A stretch of DNA of 64,000 nucleotides from an uncultured delta proteobacterium (GCA_963815115.1 CAWFFN010000009.1:256001-320000), one strand, 5' to 3'. Positions 18,827 through 30,635 are shown, counted from the first letter of the stretch. Numbers and translations are program-made. The notes: a model not told the origin generated them from the sequence alone.

Positions 18827-20563
18827 ATGCACTCCCGCAACGCGGCCGTCCTGACGCTGGCACTGGCCACGGTGACGGGGTGCGCGGGATTGCGTCCGCG
18901 GTTTCTCGGTGGCTCCGCGCTCGGGCCCCCCGTGTCGGTGCCGCACGACGCGGTCCCGATGGGGCAGTTCGTGCGCGGCGAATGGGCGCTGCAGCGCAAC
19001 GACATCGACACCGCCGTGGACGCGTTCGAGAAGGCGGTCGCCGCCGACCCGAATACGCCGATGCTCCGCCTGAGGCTCGCGACGCTCTACGTCCGGACCG
19101 CCAAGCTCGACAAGGCGCGCGCGCAAACCGAGCAGGTGATCGCGGCGGAGCCGAACAACCTGGACGCCATGGCGCTGTACGCCGGCATCGTCACCGCGCT
19201 CGGCAAGGACGACGACGCGATCGCGGCCTACGAGCGCCTCATCGCGCACGATCCCGACTTCCAGGAAGCGTACCTGTACCTGGGTGCGCTCTACGGCAAG
19301 CGCGGTGACACGCCGAAAGCGATCGCGACGCTCCACCGGCTGGTCGAGCGCAACCCGAGCTCGCTCCTCGGCTACTACTACCTGGCGCGCGTGTACGCCG
19401 CGAGCGGTCAGCTCGATGAGGCGGAGCGGTACTACCTGGAGGCGCTGAAGCTGAGTCCCCAGTCGGAGCTGGTCCTCACCGACCTGGCCGCGGCCTACGA
19501 GCTCCAGGGCCGGAGCGCCAAGGCGGAGGAGCTCTACGAGCGCATCCTGTCCCAGGATCCGCAGAGCGCGGTGGTGCGCCGCCGGCTGGGCGGCCTCTAC
19601 GCGGGTCAGAAGCGGCTCGACGAGGCCCTGACGCAGTTTCGCGAGCTGGAGAAGGTCGATACCGATCCGCGCGAGGCGCGGACGAAGATGGGCCTGATCT
19701 ATTTCGAGAAGGGCCAGCTGGAGCGCGCCGAGACGGAGTTCAACCTCGTCCTCGCCTCGGCGCCCGACGACGTGCGCGTGCGCTACTACCTGGCCGCGGT
19801 TCACGCCGAGTTGGGCGAGACGCAGCGCGCCCTCGACGGCTTCTCCAGGGTCACGCCCGACTCCGAGTACTTCATCGACGCCCAGATACGGCGCGCCTAC
19901 CTGCTACAGAACGACAAACCGGATGAGGCAATCCGCGGCCTCGAGCAGGCGCTCGTCGCGCGTCCCGACAGCCCGGAGCTCATGGCCTACCTCGCAACCC
20001 TGTACCGGCAGCAGAAGAACTACGATCGCGCGGTGACGCTCCTCGAGCAGATCGTCGCTCGCTCCCCCGACAACGACCGCTACCGCTTCACGCTCGGTGC
20101 CGCCTACGACGAGGCCAACCGCAAGCCGCAGGCCATCGAGGAGATGCAGCGTGCGATCCAGCTCAATCCGCGCAACGCGGCCGCGCTGAACTACCTCGGC
20201 TACACCTATGCGGACATGGGAGTGCATCTCGACGAGGCGGAGAACCTGATCCGGCGCGCGCTCGAGCTGCAGCCGAACGACGGCATCTACATCGACAGCC
20301 TGGGCTGGGTGTACTACCAGCGCGGCGAGTACAAGCGCGCCGTCGAGCAGCTGGAGCGTGCGGTCGAGCTGGCGGGCGAGGATCCGACCATCGTCGAGCA
20401 CCTCGGCGATGCCTACACCCGCCTCGGGCGCAGCGGCGATGCGCTGCGCATCTATCGCGACGCCCTCGGCCGCGCCAAGGAGAGTGCGCAGATCGAGCGG
20501 CTCAAGGGAAAGATCCAGGGGCTCGGCGGCAGCAGCGCGCGCACGAGCGACGCCCGACTCTGA
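18827..20563 (+). CDS. Tetratricopeptide repeat lipoprotein
   Basis: Lipobox VTGC; many TPR repeats; ALNYLGY and DSLGWVYY motifs. Confidence 0.85.
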   Translation: MHSRNAAVLTLALATVTGCAGLRPRFLGGSALGPPVSVPHDAVPMGQFVRGEWALQRNDIDTAVDAFEKAVAADPNTPMLRLRLATLYVRTAKLDKARAQTEQVIAAEPNNLDAMALYAGIVTALGKDDDAIAAYERLIAHDPDFQEAYLYLGALYGKRGDTPKAIATLHRLVERNPSSLLGYYYLARVYAASGQLDEAERYYLEALKLSPQSELVLTDLAAAYELQGRSAKAEELYERILSQDPQSAVVRRRLGGLYAGQKRLDEALTQFRELEKVDTDPREARTKMGLIYFEKGQLERAETEFNLVLASAPDDVRVRYYLAAVHAELGETQRALDGFSRVTPDSEYFIDAQIRRAYLLQNDKPDEAIRGLEQALVARPDSPELMAYLATLYRQQKNYDRAVTLLEQIVARSPDNDRYRFTLGAAYDEANRKPQAIEEMQRAIQLNPRNAAALNYLGYTYADMGVHLDEAENLIRRALELQPNDGIYIDSLGWVYYQRGEYKRAVEQLERAVELAGEDPTIVEHLGDAYTRLGRSGDALRIYRDALGRAKESAQIERLKGKIQGLGGSSARTSDARL

Positions 20564-20568
20564 ACCCG

Positions 20569-21339
20569 GTGGGGCGGGCGCTGCGCCGCAGCTGCGTGCT
20601 TGCCGTGCTGGCCCTCGCGGGCTGCACGCTTGGCCGTCCCGCGCTCCGACCGGTCGCCGAGGGCGTCACCGCGGAGCGGCTCCTGTCGGCCCTCGATGCT
20701 CGCCGGCAGTCGGTCACCTCGTTGCGTGCGCGCGCCCGCTTGAAAGCAGGGCTCGCCGGCATCTGGACCCGCCAGATCGTGCTCGTGCAACGTCCCGGCG
20801 ACGTGCGCATGGACGTGATGTCGCCGTTCGGGCTGGCGCTGGCGGTCGGCACGCAGCACGACGTGCTGTGGGCCTACCAGCCTTCCAACGAGGTGCGCTA
20901 CGAGGGCGAGGCCAGCCCGCTCAACCTGGCGCGCTTCCTGGGCGCACCCGTGACGGTCGCGGATCTGGTGGACGTGCTCCTCGGGCTGCCACCACGACGG
21001 GACGCCACCGGTCCGCCGGCGCTGGGACGCACGGCAGACGGCGGATGGGTGCTCGGCCTGCCCTTCGACGGCGGCACGCAGCAGCTCTCGTTCGACGCCT
21101 CGACGCTCGAGCTGCGCCGCGCCGAGGAACGGCGCGGCGACGTGGTCGCTCTCGCGGTCGAGTTCGGTGACTACCAGAACGGCTTCCCGCACGCCCTCGA
21201 CGTTTCCGCGCCGGTGGTCGGCTCGTCGGCCCGCCTCGCGTACGATGCGGTGGAGCCGAACGTGCCGCTCGACGCCACGCTCTTCTCTCCTCCGCCGGCG
21301 ACGCACGTGCTGCCGCTGGAGGCGGCGTCCCGCCGCTGA
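20569..21339 (+). CDS. LolB-like / DUF4292 lipoprotein
   Basis: Lipobox LAGC, SPFG motif, position after the TPR gene. Confidence 0.65.
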   Translation: MGRALRRSCVLAVLALAGCTLGRPALRPVAEGVTAERLLSALDARRQSVTSLRARARLKAGLAGIWTRQIVLVQRPGDVRMDVMSPFGLALAVGTQHDVLWAYQPSNEVRYEGEASPLNLARFLGAPVTVADLVDVLLGLPPRRDATGPPALGRTADGGWVLGLPFDGGTQQLSFDASTLELRRAEERRGDVVALAVEFGDYQNGFPHALDVSAPVVGSSARLAYDAVEPNVPLDATLFSPPPATHVLPLEAASRR

Positions 21340-22295
21340 TGGCGCTGCTCGAGGTCCGCGATCTCCGGATGGCCTTCCCGACCCCCGCCGGCGAGGCGCA
21401 TGCCGTCGACGGGGTCAGCTTCGCGCTCGAGCGCGGTCAGGTGCTCGGGCTGGTCGGCGAGTCGGGCTGCGGCAAGAGCATGACGGCGCTCTGTCTCATG
21501 CGGCTCGTGCCGCCGCCGGGACGGATCACGGGCGGCCAGGTGCTGTTCCAGGACCGCGATCTGATGACCCTGCCGGAGCCGGAGATGCGCGCGCTGCGCG
21601 GGTCGCGGATGGCGATGATCTTCCAGGAGCCGATGAGCGCCCTCAATCCCGTGCTGAGCGTGGGGAACCAGGTCGCCGAGGCCGTTTTCCTGCACCGGCG
21701 TGTCTCGCGGCGCGAGGCCCGGCAGCGCGCCGTTGGCCTGCTCGGCGAGGTGGGGATATCCGATGCGGCGCGCCGGGCGGCCGACTATCCTCATCAGCTC
21801 TCCGGTGGGATGCGGCAGCGGGTGATGATCGCCATGGCCATCGCCTGCGAGCCCCTGCTGCTGCTGGCGGACGAGCCCACCACGGCGCTCGACGTGACGA
21901 TCCAGGCGGAGATTCTGGCGCTTCTCCGCACGCTCCGGGAGCGCCACGGGATGGCCGTCCTCCTGATCACCCACGACCTCGGCGTGGTGGCGGAGCAGGC
22001 CGACCAGGTGGCGATCATGTACGCGGGCCGGATCGTCGAGCACGCCGGGGTGGACGACCTCTTCACGCGGCCGCGCCATCCCTACACCCAGGCGTTGCTG
22101 CGCTCGATGCCCGCGCTCGGCACGCGTGTCGAGCGCCTGGAGGCGATCCCGGGGCAGGTGCCGAGCCTGACGCGGCTGCCCAGCGGCTGCGCGTTCCGCG
22201 ACCGCTGCCCGATCCACATCGACGCCTGTGCCGCGGCGGTGCCGCCGCTGGAGGAGAAGGCCCCGTCGCATCTGGCGGCCTGCATCCGGGCATGA
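21339..22295 (+). CDS. oppD: Oligopeptide/dipeptide ABC transporter ATPase (OppD/DppD)
   Basis: [20 protein letters not shown] and C-terminal Cys motif. Confidence 0.88.
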   Translation: MALLEVRDLRMAFPTPAGEAHAVDGVSFALERGQVLGLVGESGCGKSMTALCLMRLVPPPGRITGGQVLFQDRDLMTLPEPEMRALRGSRMAMIFQEPMSALNPVLSVGNQVAEAVFLHRRVSRREARQRAVGLLGEVGISDAARRAADYPHQLSGGMRQRVMIAMAIACEPLLLLADEPTTALDVTIQAEILALLRTLRERHGMAVLLITHDLGVVAEQADQVAIMYAGRIVEHAGVDDLFTRPRHPYTQALLRSMPALGTRVERLEAIPGQVPSLTRLPSGCAFRDRCPIHIDACAAAVPPLEEKAPSHLAACIRA

Positions 22296-23275
22296 ACGGC
22301 ACCCCGCTCGTCGAGGCGCGCGCGCTGCGCAAGCACTTCCCGGTCGGGCGCGGACTCCTCGGCCGTCCGCACGCGGTCGTGCGCGCCGTCGAGGACGTCT
22401 CGCTCGACATCGCCGCGGGGGAGACGCTCGGGCTGGTGGGCGAGTCGGGCTGCGGCAAGTCCACCCTCGGGCGCTTGATCCTGCGACTGATCGAGCCGAC
22501 CGCCGGTGACGTGCGCTTCGACGGCCGTTCACTCCTCGAGCTCGGCCCGCGCGAGCTGCGCGCCATGCGGCGCGCGATGCAGATCGTCTTCCAGGATCCG
22601 TACGGCTCGCTGAATCCCCGCATGCGGGTGGCGCGCATCGTCGGCGAGGGGCTCGCGATCCACCACATCGGGACCCGGCAGGAGCGCGGCGACCGCGTGC
22701 GCGCGCTCCTCGACCTGGTGGGACTGCCCGTCGACGCCGCCGTGCGCTACCCGCACGAGTTCAGCGGAGGCCAGCGACAGCGCATCGGCATCGCCCGTGC
22801 GCTCGCCGTCGAGCCGCGCTTCATCGTCGCCGACGAGGCCGTGTCGGCGCTGGACGTGTCGATCCAGGCTCAGATCCTGAACCTGCTCCAGGAGCTGAAG
22901 CAGCGGCTCGGCCTCACGCTGCTCTTCATCTCGCACGACCTGCGGGTGGTCGAGCATCTCAGCGACCGGGTCGCGATCATGTACCTGGGGCGGATCGTCG
23001 AGATCGGCCCTCGCGATCTGGTCTACGGCGATCCGCACCATCCCTACACGCGCGCGCTGCTCTCGGCCGTGCCGGTCCCGGACCCGCGCCGGCGGGTGGC
23101 ACCACCGCCGCTCGGCGGGGACGTTCCGAGCGCGTTGTCACCACCCTCCGGCTGTGCCTTCCATCCGCGCTGTCCGTACGCCCAGGACGTCTGCCGGCGC
23201 GTGACCCCGCCGCTCGAGGCGGGACGTACGCCGCGCGCCGTGGCGTGCCACGTGTTCCCGGCCGAGCCGAGCTAG
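22292..23275 (+). CDS. oppF: Oligopeptide/dipeptide ABC transporter ATPase (OppF/DppF)
   Basis: [19 protein letters not shown] and GCAFHPRC motifs. Confidence 0.88.
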   Translation: MNGTPLVEARALRKHFPVGRGLLGRPHAVVRAVEDVSLDIAAGETLGLVGESGCGKSTLGRLILRLIEPTAGDVRFDGRSLLELGPRELRAMRRAMQIVFQDPYGSLNPRMRVARIVGEGLAIHHIGTRQERGDRVRALLDLVGLPVDAAVRYPHEFSGGQRQRIGIARALAVEPRFIVADEAVSALDVSIQAQILNLLQELKQRLGLTLLFISHDLRVVEHLSDRVAIMYLGRIVEIGPRDLVYGDPHHPYTRALLSAVPVPDPRRRVAPPPLGGDVPSALSPPSGCAFHPRCPYAQDVCRRVTPPLEAGRTPRAVACHVFPAEPS

Positions 23276-23359
23276 CAGGCTTCCCCCGCCTGCCTCTCCG
23301 CGGGTGTTCTCCGCGAGTCGGTGCCTGGGTCTGTGCACGGAGGTGAGTTGTCTTGAAAC

Positions 23360-23376
23360 AAGGTAGTTCTTGACAC
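23360..23376 (+). promoter_or_regulatory. Motif AAGGTAGTTCTTGACAC (putative operator / -35 element), copy 1
   Basis: 15/17 identical to the inverted copy at 31338-31354; contains TTGACA upstream of the permease. Confidence 0.55.
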
Positions 23377-23405
23377 GAGTGAGATGACCGTGGTGAGTGC
23401 GAGCG

Positions 23406-25973
23406 ATGAGGGCGGCGCTCTCGCTCAGGATGGCGTACCGCCACGTGAGGTCGGCGTGGGTGCGCATGGCGCTCAGCGTGCTGGCGGTCGGGCTGGCCGT
23501 CAGTCTGGTCGTTGGCATCCGGCTGATGAACGGGGCGGTCCTCGCATCCTTTCTCGATGCCGTGGAGGCGATGGGCGGCCGTGCGGCGCTCACCATCACG
23601 GGCGCCGATGGAGCCAGCTTCCCGGATGCGCTGGTCGACGCGGTGGCGAAGGTGCCGGGCGTGAAGCTCGCCGTACCACTGGTCAGCAGCATCGCGTTTC
23701 CCGACGACGAGACCGGCGAGCTCCTCACGGTCCACGGCGTCGACTTCACGCACGACGCGGACGTGCGGCTGTACCACGAAGGTGATGCGGACGAGATTCT
23801 GGACGATCCCATCGTGTTCCTGAACGATCCCCGCTCGGTGGTGCTCACGAGACAGTTCGCCGAGGAACGCGGGCTGGAGCTCGGGCAGGCGATCCGACTG
23901 GCCACCCCCACCGGCGTGCAACCGTTCACGATTCGCGGGTTGCTCGAACCGCAGGGTCTCGCGCGCGCCCTCGGGGGCCGTCTCGTCGTGATGGATCTCT
24001 ACGCCGCTCAGCGCGCCTTCGCCTCCGACGGCCGCATCAACCAGATCGACCTCGTTCTCGACCAGGGGATGGATGCGGACGCCGTCAGGACACAGCTGAC
24101 GACGCTCCTTCCCACGGGGCTCGAGGTGCGCGAGCCGGCGGCACGCAAGGAGGTGGTGAGTCAGAGCATCGCGGCGTTCCAGTCGATGCTCACCGCGTTC
24201 GGCCTCCTCGCCGTCTTCGCGGGCTTCGTGATCTGCTACACGCGACTCGGGGCGATCTTCGAGGCGCGGACCTGGGAGGTTGGCCTGTTCCGCGCCGGCG
24301 GGCTGCGCCGCTCCGTCGTCTTCTGGGAGCGTCTGAAGGAGAGTCTCCTGCTCGGCGCTGCGGGCGCGGCGGTCGGGATTCCCCTGGGGTTCGTCATCGC
24401 AAAGTTCGGCCTGCCGGTCCTCGCCACCACCACGTCTCTCGCCTCGGGCCTGCCGGTCGCGGTGGCCAATCCCGCTCTCGAGCCCGGCGACGTCATCTTC
24501 GGCGTAACCCTGGGTCTCTGCGCTGCGGTTGCGGCGGCGATCGTTCCAGCGATCCGGACGGCACGCACGAGCCCGGTGGCGGCGCTCACCATGCGCGGCC
24601 GCGAGACATCACCGGCCACCGTGCAACCGACGTGGCGGGGTCCGGCGATCCTCGCCCTGCTGATCGCTGGCCTCCTCGTGGCGCAGCGCCTGTCGGGCGT
24701 GCGAGCCATCGGCCTCGTCACCACCTCCAGCATCGTGCTCATGGGGTGTCTGCTGGCGACTCCGCTCGTCGGCTACGGCGCCCGGTTGCTGAAGATACTC
24801 TGGAGCCGCGGGTTCGGTATGGCCGGCCGCGTCGCGGCGAGCCATCTCGCCCGCCACCCGCGTCGCACGGCCCTGGTGACGGCCACGCTCGGCGTGGGGC
24901 TGGGCAGCGTGCTCATGCTCGCCATCCTCGGGTGGAGCTTCGAGCAGAGTCTCGTGTCCACTCTCAGCCGCCGGATGAAGGCGCCGCTGCTGGTCACGTC
25001 GGCGTTCCCTGCCGGGGGCTATCTATACGCACCGATGAGCCAGGAGGTGGTGGGCGAGCTGGTGCGCGTTGCCGGTGTGGCGAAGGTGGTTGGCGAGCAG
25101 AACCGCGACATCAACTACGGAGGCGGCTCCGTTCACCTGGTCGCGTTCGACCCCGATGGTTTCACCGATCATCGGGTTGCGGACTGGCCGATCGACGAGG
25201 GGGACTCAGATAGTGCGCTTCGCGCCCTGGCGAGCGGCGAGGGCGTCGCCGTGACGAGGGGGTTCGCGAACCTCCACGGAACCAGGCCCGGCGACAGCAT
25301 CGAGCTGAGGACGTTGCAGGGGCCACACACCTTCGAGGTGGTGGCGATCACGAGTGGCGTTCTCGAGAGTGCGGTGGTCATGAGTCGCGAGCTCTACCGG
25401 CCGCTGTGGAATGACAGCGTCGTCTCCTGGATCGATGTCGTGGTCGAGGAAGGAAGCGACCCCAAGACGGTGGCCGCGGCAATCGCTTCGAACCTCGGTC
25501 GCAGCCATCGCCTCCGCGTCTGGGAGAACGCCGCGCTCCTCGACCACTTCGCCAGCCAGGCGCGTCAGGCGTTCAGTGTGCAATACGTCATGGCGGCGAT
25601 TGCCCTTCTGCTCGTTCTCGTCGGAGTCGGCGATACGCTCGCCGCGAGCGTCACCGCCCGCACCCGGGAGATCGGCATGATGCGAGCCGTGGGCCTGTCT
25701 CGATCCGGCGTCGTGCGCATCGTGATCCTCGAGGGGATGGCCATCGCAGTGCTCGGACTTGTCCTGGCGGGTGCGGTCGGGCTCGCGCTCGGTGTGTTCT
25801 GGGTGGAGGTGCAGTTTCCAGCCTTCCTCGGCTGGGGTCTTACCTTGCACCTTCCCATGGCCTTTATCCTCGCCACCGCGGTCATCACGCTGACCTTGTG
25901 TCTGGCCGGATCTCTGCTCCCGTCGCTCCGGGCCGCGTGGCTCCCTGTCACGGTAGCGCTGCGAACCGAGTGA
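23406..25973 (+). CDS. FtsX/MacB-like ABC exporter permease (intact copy)
   Basis: Two FtsX halves (RTWEVGLFRAGG and REIGMMRAVG) with large periplasmic domains; paralog of 27327-29907. Confidence 0.9.
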   Translation: MRAALSLRMAYRHVRSAWVRMALSVLAVGLAVSLVVGIRLMNGAVLASFLDAVEAMGGRAALTITGADGASFPDALVDAVAKVPGVKLAVPLVSSIAFPDDETGELLTVHGVDFTHDADVRLYHEGDADEILDDPIVFLNDPRSVVLTRQFAEERGLELGQAIRLATPTGVQPFTIRGLLEPQGLARALGGRLVVMDLYAAQRAFASDGRINQIDLVLDQGMDADAVRTQLTTLLPTGLEVREPAARKEVVSQSIAAFQSMLTAFGLLAVFAGFVICYTRLGAIFEARTWEVGLFRAGGLRRSVVFWERLKESLLLGAAGAAVGIPLGFVIAKFGLPVLATTTSLASGLPVAVANPALEPGDVIFGVTLGLCAAVAAAIVPAIRTARTSPVAALTMRGRETSPATVQPTWRGPAILALLIAGLLVAQRLSGVRAIGLVTTSSIVLMGCLLATPLVGYGARLLKILWSRGFGMAGRVAASHLARHPRRTALVTATLGVGLGSVLMLAILGWSFEQSLVSTLSRRMKAPLLVTSAFPAGGYLYAPMSQEVVGELVRVAGVAKVVGEQNRDINYGGGSVHLVAFDPDGFTDHRVADWPIDEGDSDSALRALASGEGVAVTRGFANLHGTRPGDSIELRTLQGPHTFEVVAITSGVLESAVVMSRELYRPLWNDSVVSWIDVVVEEGSDPKTVAAAIASNLGRSHRLRVWENAALLDHFASQARQAFSVQYVMAAIALLLVLVGVGDTLAASVTARTREIGMMRAVGLSRSGVVRIVILEGMAIAVLGLVLAGAVGLALGVFWVEVQFPAFLGWGLTLHLPMAFILATAVITLTLCLAGSLLPSLRAAWLPVTVALRTE

Positions 25974-26018
25974 GGTCCGCGCTGAGGGCGTGTGCCGGTG
26001 TCCGATCGTCGACGGTGG

Positions 26019-27320
26019 TCAGGTCGCGGAGGGCCCGGCGCCGAGCACGTCGCCAATTGCAGCCGCCGCGTATGCGAGATCGCTCTCGGTGTGGCCAACG
26101 GTCACGAAGCAGCGCAGGCGCTCCGTGCCCGGCTGAACCCCGGGCGGTATGACCGCATTCACGAAGACTCCGCGCTCGAGGAGGGCGGAGGCCGCAGCGA
26201 GTGTCCGAACGCGTTCGCCGACGCGGACCGGTATGACCGCGCTCTCGCTCCCGAAGGTGTCCAGGCCACGGCTGGCGAGCGCCGACCGGAAGAACGCTGC
26301 GTTGTGTTGCAACCGGGCAACGCGTTCCGGCTCCTGCTCGAGGATCTCGACCGCCGCCAACGCGGCGCCGACGTCCGCCGGTGTCATCGCCGCCGAGTGG
26401 ATGCTCGCGTGCGACGCGTACCGCAGGACCATGGCGATCGAGGCATCGACGGCGGCGAAGCCGCCGACCGCTGACAGGGCCTTGCTCAGGGTTCCGATCC
26501 GGATGTCGATCGCCGCAGGGTCGATTCCGAAGTGCTCGGTCGCACCCCGACCGGTCGAGCCGAGAACTCCAAAAGCGTGAGCCTCGTCAGCGAGCAGGTA
26601 GGCGCCATGTCGACGGGCGATCTCCACGAGCGCGGGAAGAGGGGCGAGGTGTCCTTCCATCGAGTAGGCCGTTTCGACGACCACGAGGCGGCGGCGGATC
26701 GATGACGAGCGGTCCAGTATCTTCTCGAGATGGCGAAGATCGTTGTGCGCGAAGCGCTTGAGCGAAGCCCGCGACAGGAGCGCTCCGTCATACAAAGAGC
26801 GATGGGCGAGGCGATCGAGGATGATCAGGTCACCTGGACCGAACAAGGCAGAGATCACCGACACGTTCGTCGCGTAGCCGCTCGAATAGGTGACGGCACG
26901 CGGAGCACGCACGAATGCCGCCAGGCGCTGCTCGAAGTCCCAGTGGACACGCGTCGTCCCGCACAGCACGCGCGTTCCGCCGGCGTGCGTACCGTGGCGC
27001 TCGATGGCGGCAATGCTCGCCGCCTTTACCCGCGGGTCATTCCCCAGGCCGAGGTAGCCATAGGCGGCCAGATTGATGACGGACAGGCTGGGATCGGCGA
27101 CCTCGTTGAACTCCACTCGTCCGGGAGGCCCGAGCACGGTTCTCTCGCCGATCGCTCCGAGATTCTGCCGGTCGTAGATTCCGGCGAAGGGTGACGCCCC
27201 GAGCGTCACGAGGTTCGTGACGGCATCCAGGAGCCGAGGAGAGCTCTTGACGAGATCGTGAGGCTCGACGTCCCTTGGCGTGGATATCGGTTGGGAAAGG
27301 TTCACGGCCTGACCGCTCAT
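26019..27320 (-). CDS. PLP-dependent alpha-oxoamine synthase (BioF / serine palmitoyltransferase / Kbl family)
   Basis: YLGLG, SGYATN, HNDL, YSMEG, DEAHAFG and GTLSKAL (PLP Lys) motifs. Confidence 0.88.
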   Translation of the reverse strand: MSGQAVNLSQPISTPRDVEPHDLVKSSPRLLDAVTNLVTLGASPFAGIYDRQNLGAIGERTVLGPPGRVEFNEVADPSLSVINLAAYGYLGLGNDPRVKAASIAAIERHGTHAGGTRVLCGTTRVHWDFEQRLAAFVRAPRAVTYSSGYATNVSVISALFGPGDLIILDRLAHRSLYDGALLSRASLKRFAHNDLRHLEKILDRSSSIRRRLVVVETAYSMEGHLAPLPALVEIARRHGAYLLADEAHAFGVLGSTGRGATEHFGIDPAAIDIRIGTLSKALSAVGGFAAVDASIAMVLRYASHASIHSAAMTPADVGAALAAVEILEQEPERVARLQHNAAFFRSALASRGLDTFGSESAVIPVRVGERVRTLAAASALLERGVFVNAVIPPGVQPGTERLRCFVTVGHTESDLAYAAAAIGDVLGAGPSAT

Positions 27321-27326
27321 AGGACC

Positions 27327-29907
27327 TCACTCGTTGCGCAACGCAGCCGGTACGGCAAGACGTGCAGCTCGGAGGGCGGGTAGGAGCGAGCCTGCAAGGC
27401 ACAGCAATAGAGTGACCACGGCCATGACGATCATGGAGACGACCGGCGGATGCAACTCGAGGTTCCAGCCGAGGATAGCCGGGAATTGCACGTCGACCCA
27501 GAAAACGCCCAACGCTATCCCGAGCATTCCGGCTAGCAACAAGCCCATCACCGCGATTCCCGCACCCTCCAGGAGCACCATCTCGAGGACCCGAGAGCGG
27601 TAGCAGACCAATCGCGCGCATCATTCCGATCTCTCTGGTGCGGGCATTGACTCCCGCCGCCAGAGTATCGCCAATGCCGACCAGCACGAGCAGGAGCGCG
27701 ATACCCTCCGTTAGGTAGAGCACGCTGAACGCTTGCCGGGCCTGGCCGGCGAAGTGCTCGACCATCGCTGCACTGGTCAAGATACGGAGGCGGTGCGTCT
27801 CGCCAAGCTCGCTAGCGATAGCCGCCGCAACTTCTTCGGGTGTATGACCTTCTGCCACTGCTACGCGTATCCACGTGACCAAGTCATCGTTCCACAGATC
27901 CGGCTATAGAGCGCTCGGCTCATAAGAACTGCGCTCTGGGGCCGACCGCTAGTGAGCGCGGCCACCTTGAACGTGCGGGGTCCCTGCATGGTTGTGAGTC
28001 GATCGTCGTCTCCCGGCCGAGTCCCATGCAGATTGGCGAACGACTGCGAAACGAGCACGGCTTCGCCTTCGCGACGGACCTAAGTGCGTCGGAGCGCGTT
28101 AGCCTCCAACGCCCAGTCGCATACCCGACGGTCGAGTGAAGCAGGACGGATCATAGCGGATGCGAGGAGGGTGGACTCGATTAGCATACCTGATGTCTCG
28201 CTCCTGCTCTCCGACTGCGACGGCAACGCCTGGGACCTTTTCGAATCGTCCTCGACGAGGCTCTCGCTCATCGGCGCGCTGCGATGAGCCCCCAGCCGTG
28301 AACGGAGATGTCACTATCGAGTTGCGCGCGTGATACCGCCGAGTCAGGGCAGATACGAGGCTACTCTCAAAGCTCCAACCCAGGATGCCCAGCATCAACA
28401 CGCTGCCCAGGCCAATTCCCAATGTCGCAACCGTCAGCGCCGTGCGCCGCGGGTTTCGCACGAGATGCCCGGCCGCGACCCGGCCTCCGGGCCCGAACCA
28501 CGCGCTCCATAGAAGCTTCAGGAAGCGGCTCCCGTAGCCCACGAACGGTGTCGCTAGGAGGCCTCCCCCGATCACAATCAAGGCCGTCGTGACGAGGCCG
28601 AGGGCCCTAATCCCGGACACGTGCTGGGCGATGAGAAGCGCGCCGACCAGAACGCCCACCAGGGCGGGCCACCGCCATTTCGGGGGTGGCACCGGCGACG
28701 GCATCTCCCTCCCGCGCATCGTCAATGCCGCGACGGGATGCGTCCGGGACATCCGCAACGCCGGCACCACGGCAGCGGCCACGGCCGCTCCGATTCCCAG
28801 TGCGAGTCCGAGGAGGATGTCGGGCAACGTGAGACCGAGCTTCGCTTCCGGGACCGGTAGGTTGGAGGCCAGAGCGGTCGTCGTCGCCAGGAACGGCAGT
28901 CCGACGCGCGCCACCAGCACGCCCAGAGGAATGCCGAGCGCTGCTCCGGCCGCTCCCAGAAGCACGCTCTCCTTCAGAAGCTCCCGGAACACCGCCGAGC
29001 GCCGCAACCCCCCCGCGCGCAGCAGCCCCACCTCCCACGTGCGCGCCTCGAAGATCGCTCCGAGGCGGCTGTAGCAGATGACGAAGCCGGCCACGACGGC
29101 GAGCAGTCCGAAGGCGGTCAGCATGGACTGGAACGCCGCCACGCCGTCGCGCACGACCTCCTTGCGCAGCGCCGGCTCCTGGACCTCGAGGCCCGGCGGC
29201 ATCGCCGCCGCCAGGGCGGTCCGCGTGGCGGCCACGTCGGTCTCCGGGTCGATGACGATATCGATCTGGTTGATCTGGCCGTCCGCGGCGAACGCCCGCT
29301 GCGCGGCGTAGAGATCCATCACCACGAGCCTGCCGCCCAGAGCACGCGCCACGCCCTGGGGCTCGAGCAGTCCCCGGATGATGAAGTCCTTCACCCCCGT
29401 CGGCGTCACCAGTGGGACCTGCTGCCCGACGGCGAGACCGCGTCGCGCGGCGAACTCGCGTGTGAGGATGACCGAGCGCGGGTCGTTCAGGAAGACGAGC
29501 GGATCGTCGAGGATCTCGTCGACGCCCTCCCCCTGGTCGTAGAGGCGAACGTCCGCTTCGTGCCCGAAATCGACACCGTGCACGGTGAGGAGCTCACCGC
29601 TGGAGTCGTCCGGAAACGCGACCCCGGTGACGAGCGGGACCGCGAGCTTGACGCCGCGCACGCCGGCGGCCGTCTTGGCGACCTCTTCCGGGAAGGTGGC
29701 GTTGTCGCGCGCCGTGATCGTCAGGGCGGCGCGTCCCCCGACCGCGTCAACCGCGTCGAGGAAGGACTGCAGCACGGCCGTGTTCATCAGCCGGATGGCG
29801 ACGACCAGCGCCACACCGAGGGCCACCGCCACGATGCTCAGCGCCATGCGCCCGACGGCCGAGCGCACGTGGCGGTACGCCAGCGTGAGCGACAGCGCGG
29901 CCCTCAT
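27327..29907 (-). pseudogene. Second FtsX/MacB-like permease with multiple frameshifts in ~27600-28330 (pseudogene or sequence error)
   Basis: N-terminal ~525 aa closely parallels 23406-25973; the C-terminal part is split over several frames (FANLHGTRPGD, HFAGQARQAFS, ALRNE stop). Confidence 0.8.
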
Positions 29908-30635
29908 CGATCACTTGCCACCAGGGTCAACTCGCTCGTCCGCTCGGGAACGCGCACGTCGCGAATGACGCGGCCGTCCTGCATCTCCAGGGTACGCTCG
30001 CCGTACATGGCCGCGAAGAGATTGTGGGTGACCATGACCACCGTGACGCCGGCCGACCTGTTCAGGGCTGCCAGCATGTCGAGGATCAGCTGGCCCGTGT
30101 GCGAATCGAGGTTTCCGGTGGGCTCGTCCGCGAGCAGGATCGACGGATGGCCGACGATGGCGCGCGCGATCGCGACGCGCTGCTGCTCGCCACCCGACAG
30201 CTCGCCGGGGTAGCGCCGCTCGCGATCGGTCACGCCGACCTGCTGCAAGGCTGCCGCCGTCATGCGGCGCACGTCGGCCTTGGACCGACCGGCGAACTCG
30301 AGGAAGAGGCCGACGTTCTCCTCGACGGTCAGCGCGGGTATCAGGTTGAACGCCTGGAAGATGAAACCGATCCTGTGAAGGCGAAGATCGGCCAGCTCGT
30401 GATCGGCGAGTGTGCCGAGGTTGACGCCGTCGAGGACGACCTGGCCGCTGTCGGGCACATCGAGACCGGCGATCAGGTTGAGAAGCGTCGTCTTGCCCGA
30501 GCCGCTCGGTCCCATCAGCGACACGAAGGCGCCTTTGCGAACCTCGAGGTCGAGGTTCGCGAGAGCCCGGCTGGCTTGCGCGCCCGTGCCGTAGCTCTTC
30601 GTGACCCCGGACAGCCGGATGGCGACTTCGCTCAC
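29904..30635 (-). CDS. ABC transporter ATPase (LolD/MacB type)
   Basis: GPSGSGKTT, LSGGEQQR and ADEPTGNLD motifs; ATGA overlap with the permease. Confidence 0.92.
   Translation of the reverse strand: MSEVAIRLSGVTKSYGTGAQASRALANLDLEVRKGAFVSLMGPSGSGKTTLLNLIAGLDVPDSGQVVLDGVNLGTLADHELADLRLHRIGFIFQAFNLIPALTVEENVGLFLEFAGRSKADVRRMTAAALQQVGVTDRERRYPGELSGGEQQRVAIARAIVGHPSILLADEPTGNLDSHTGQLILDMLAALNRSAGVTVVMVTHNLFAAMYGERTLEMQDGRVIRDVRVPERTSELTLVASDR

Noticed and set aside
26019-27320. Calling the gene bioF or spt
   Set aside because: Family motifs do not determine substrate, and no biotin, acyl-carrier or sphingolipid genes are adjacent
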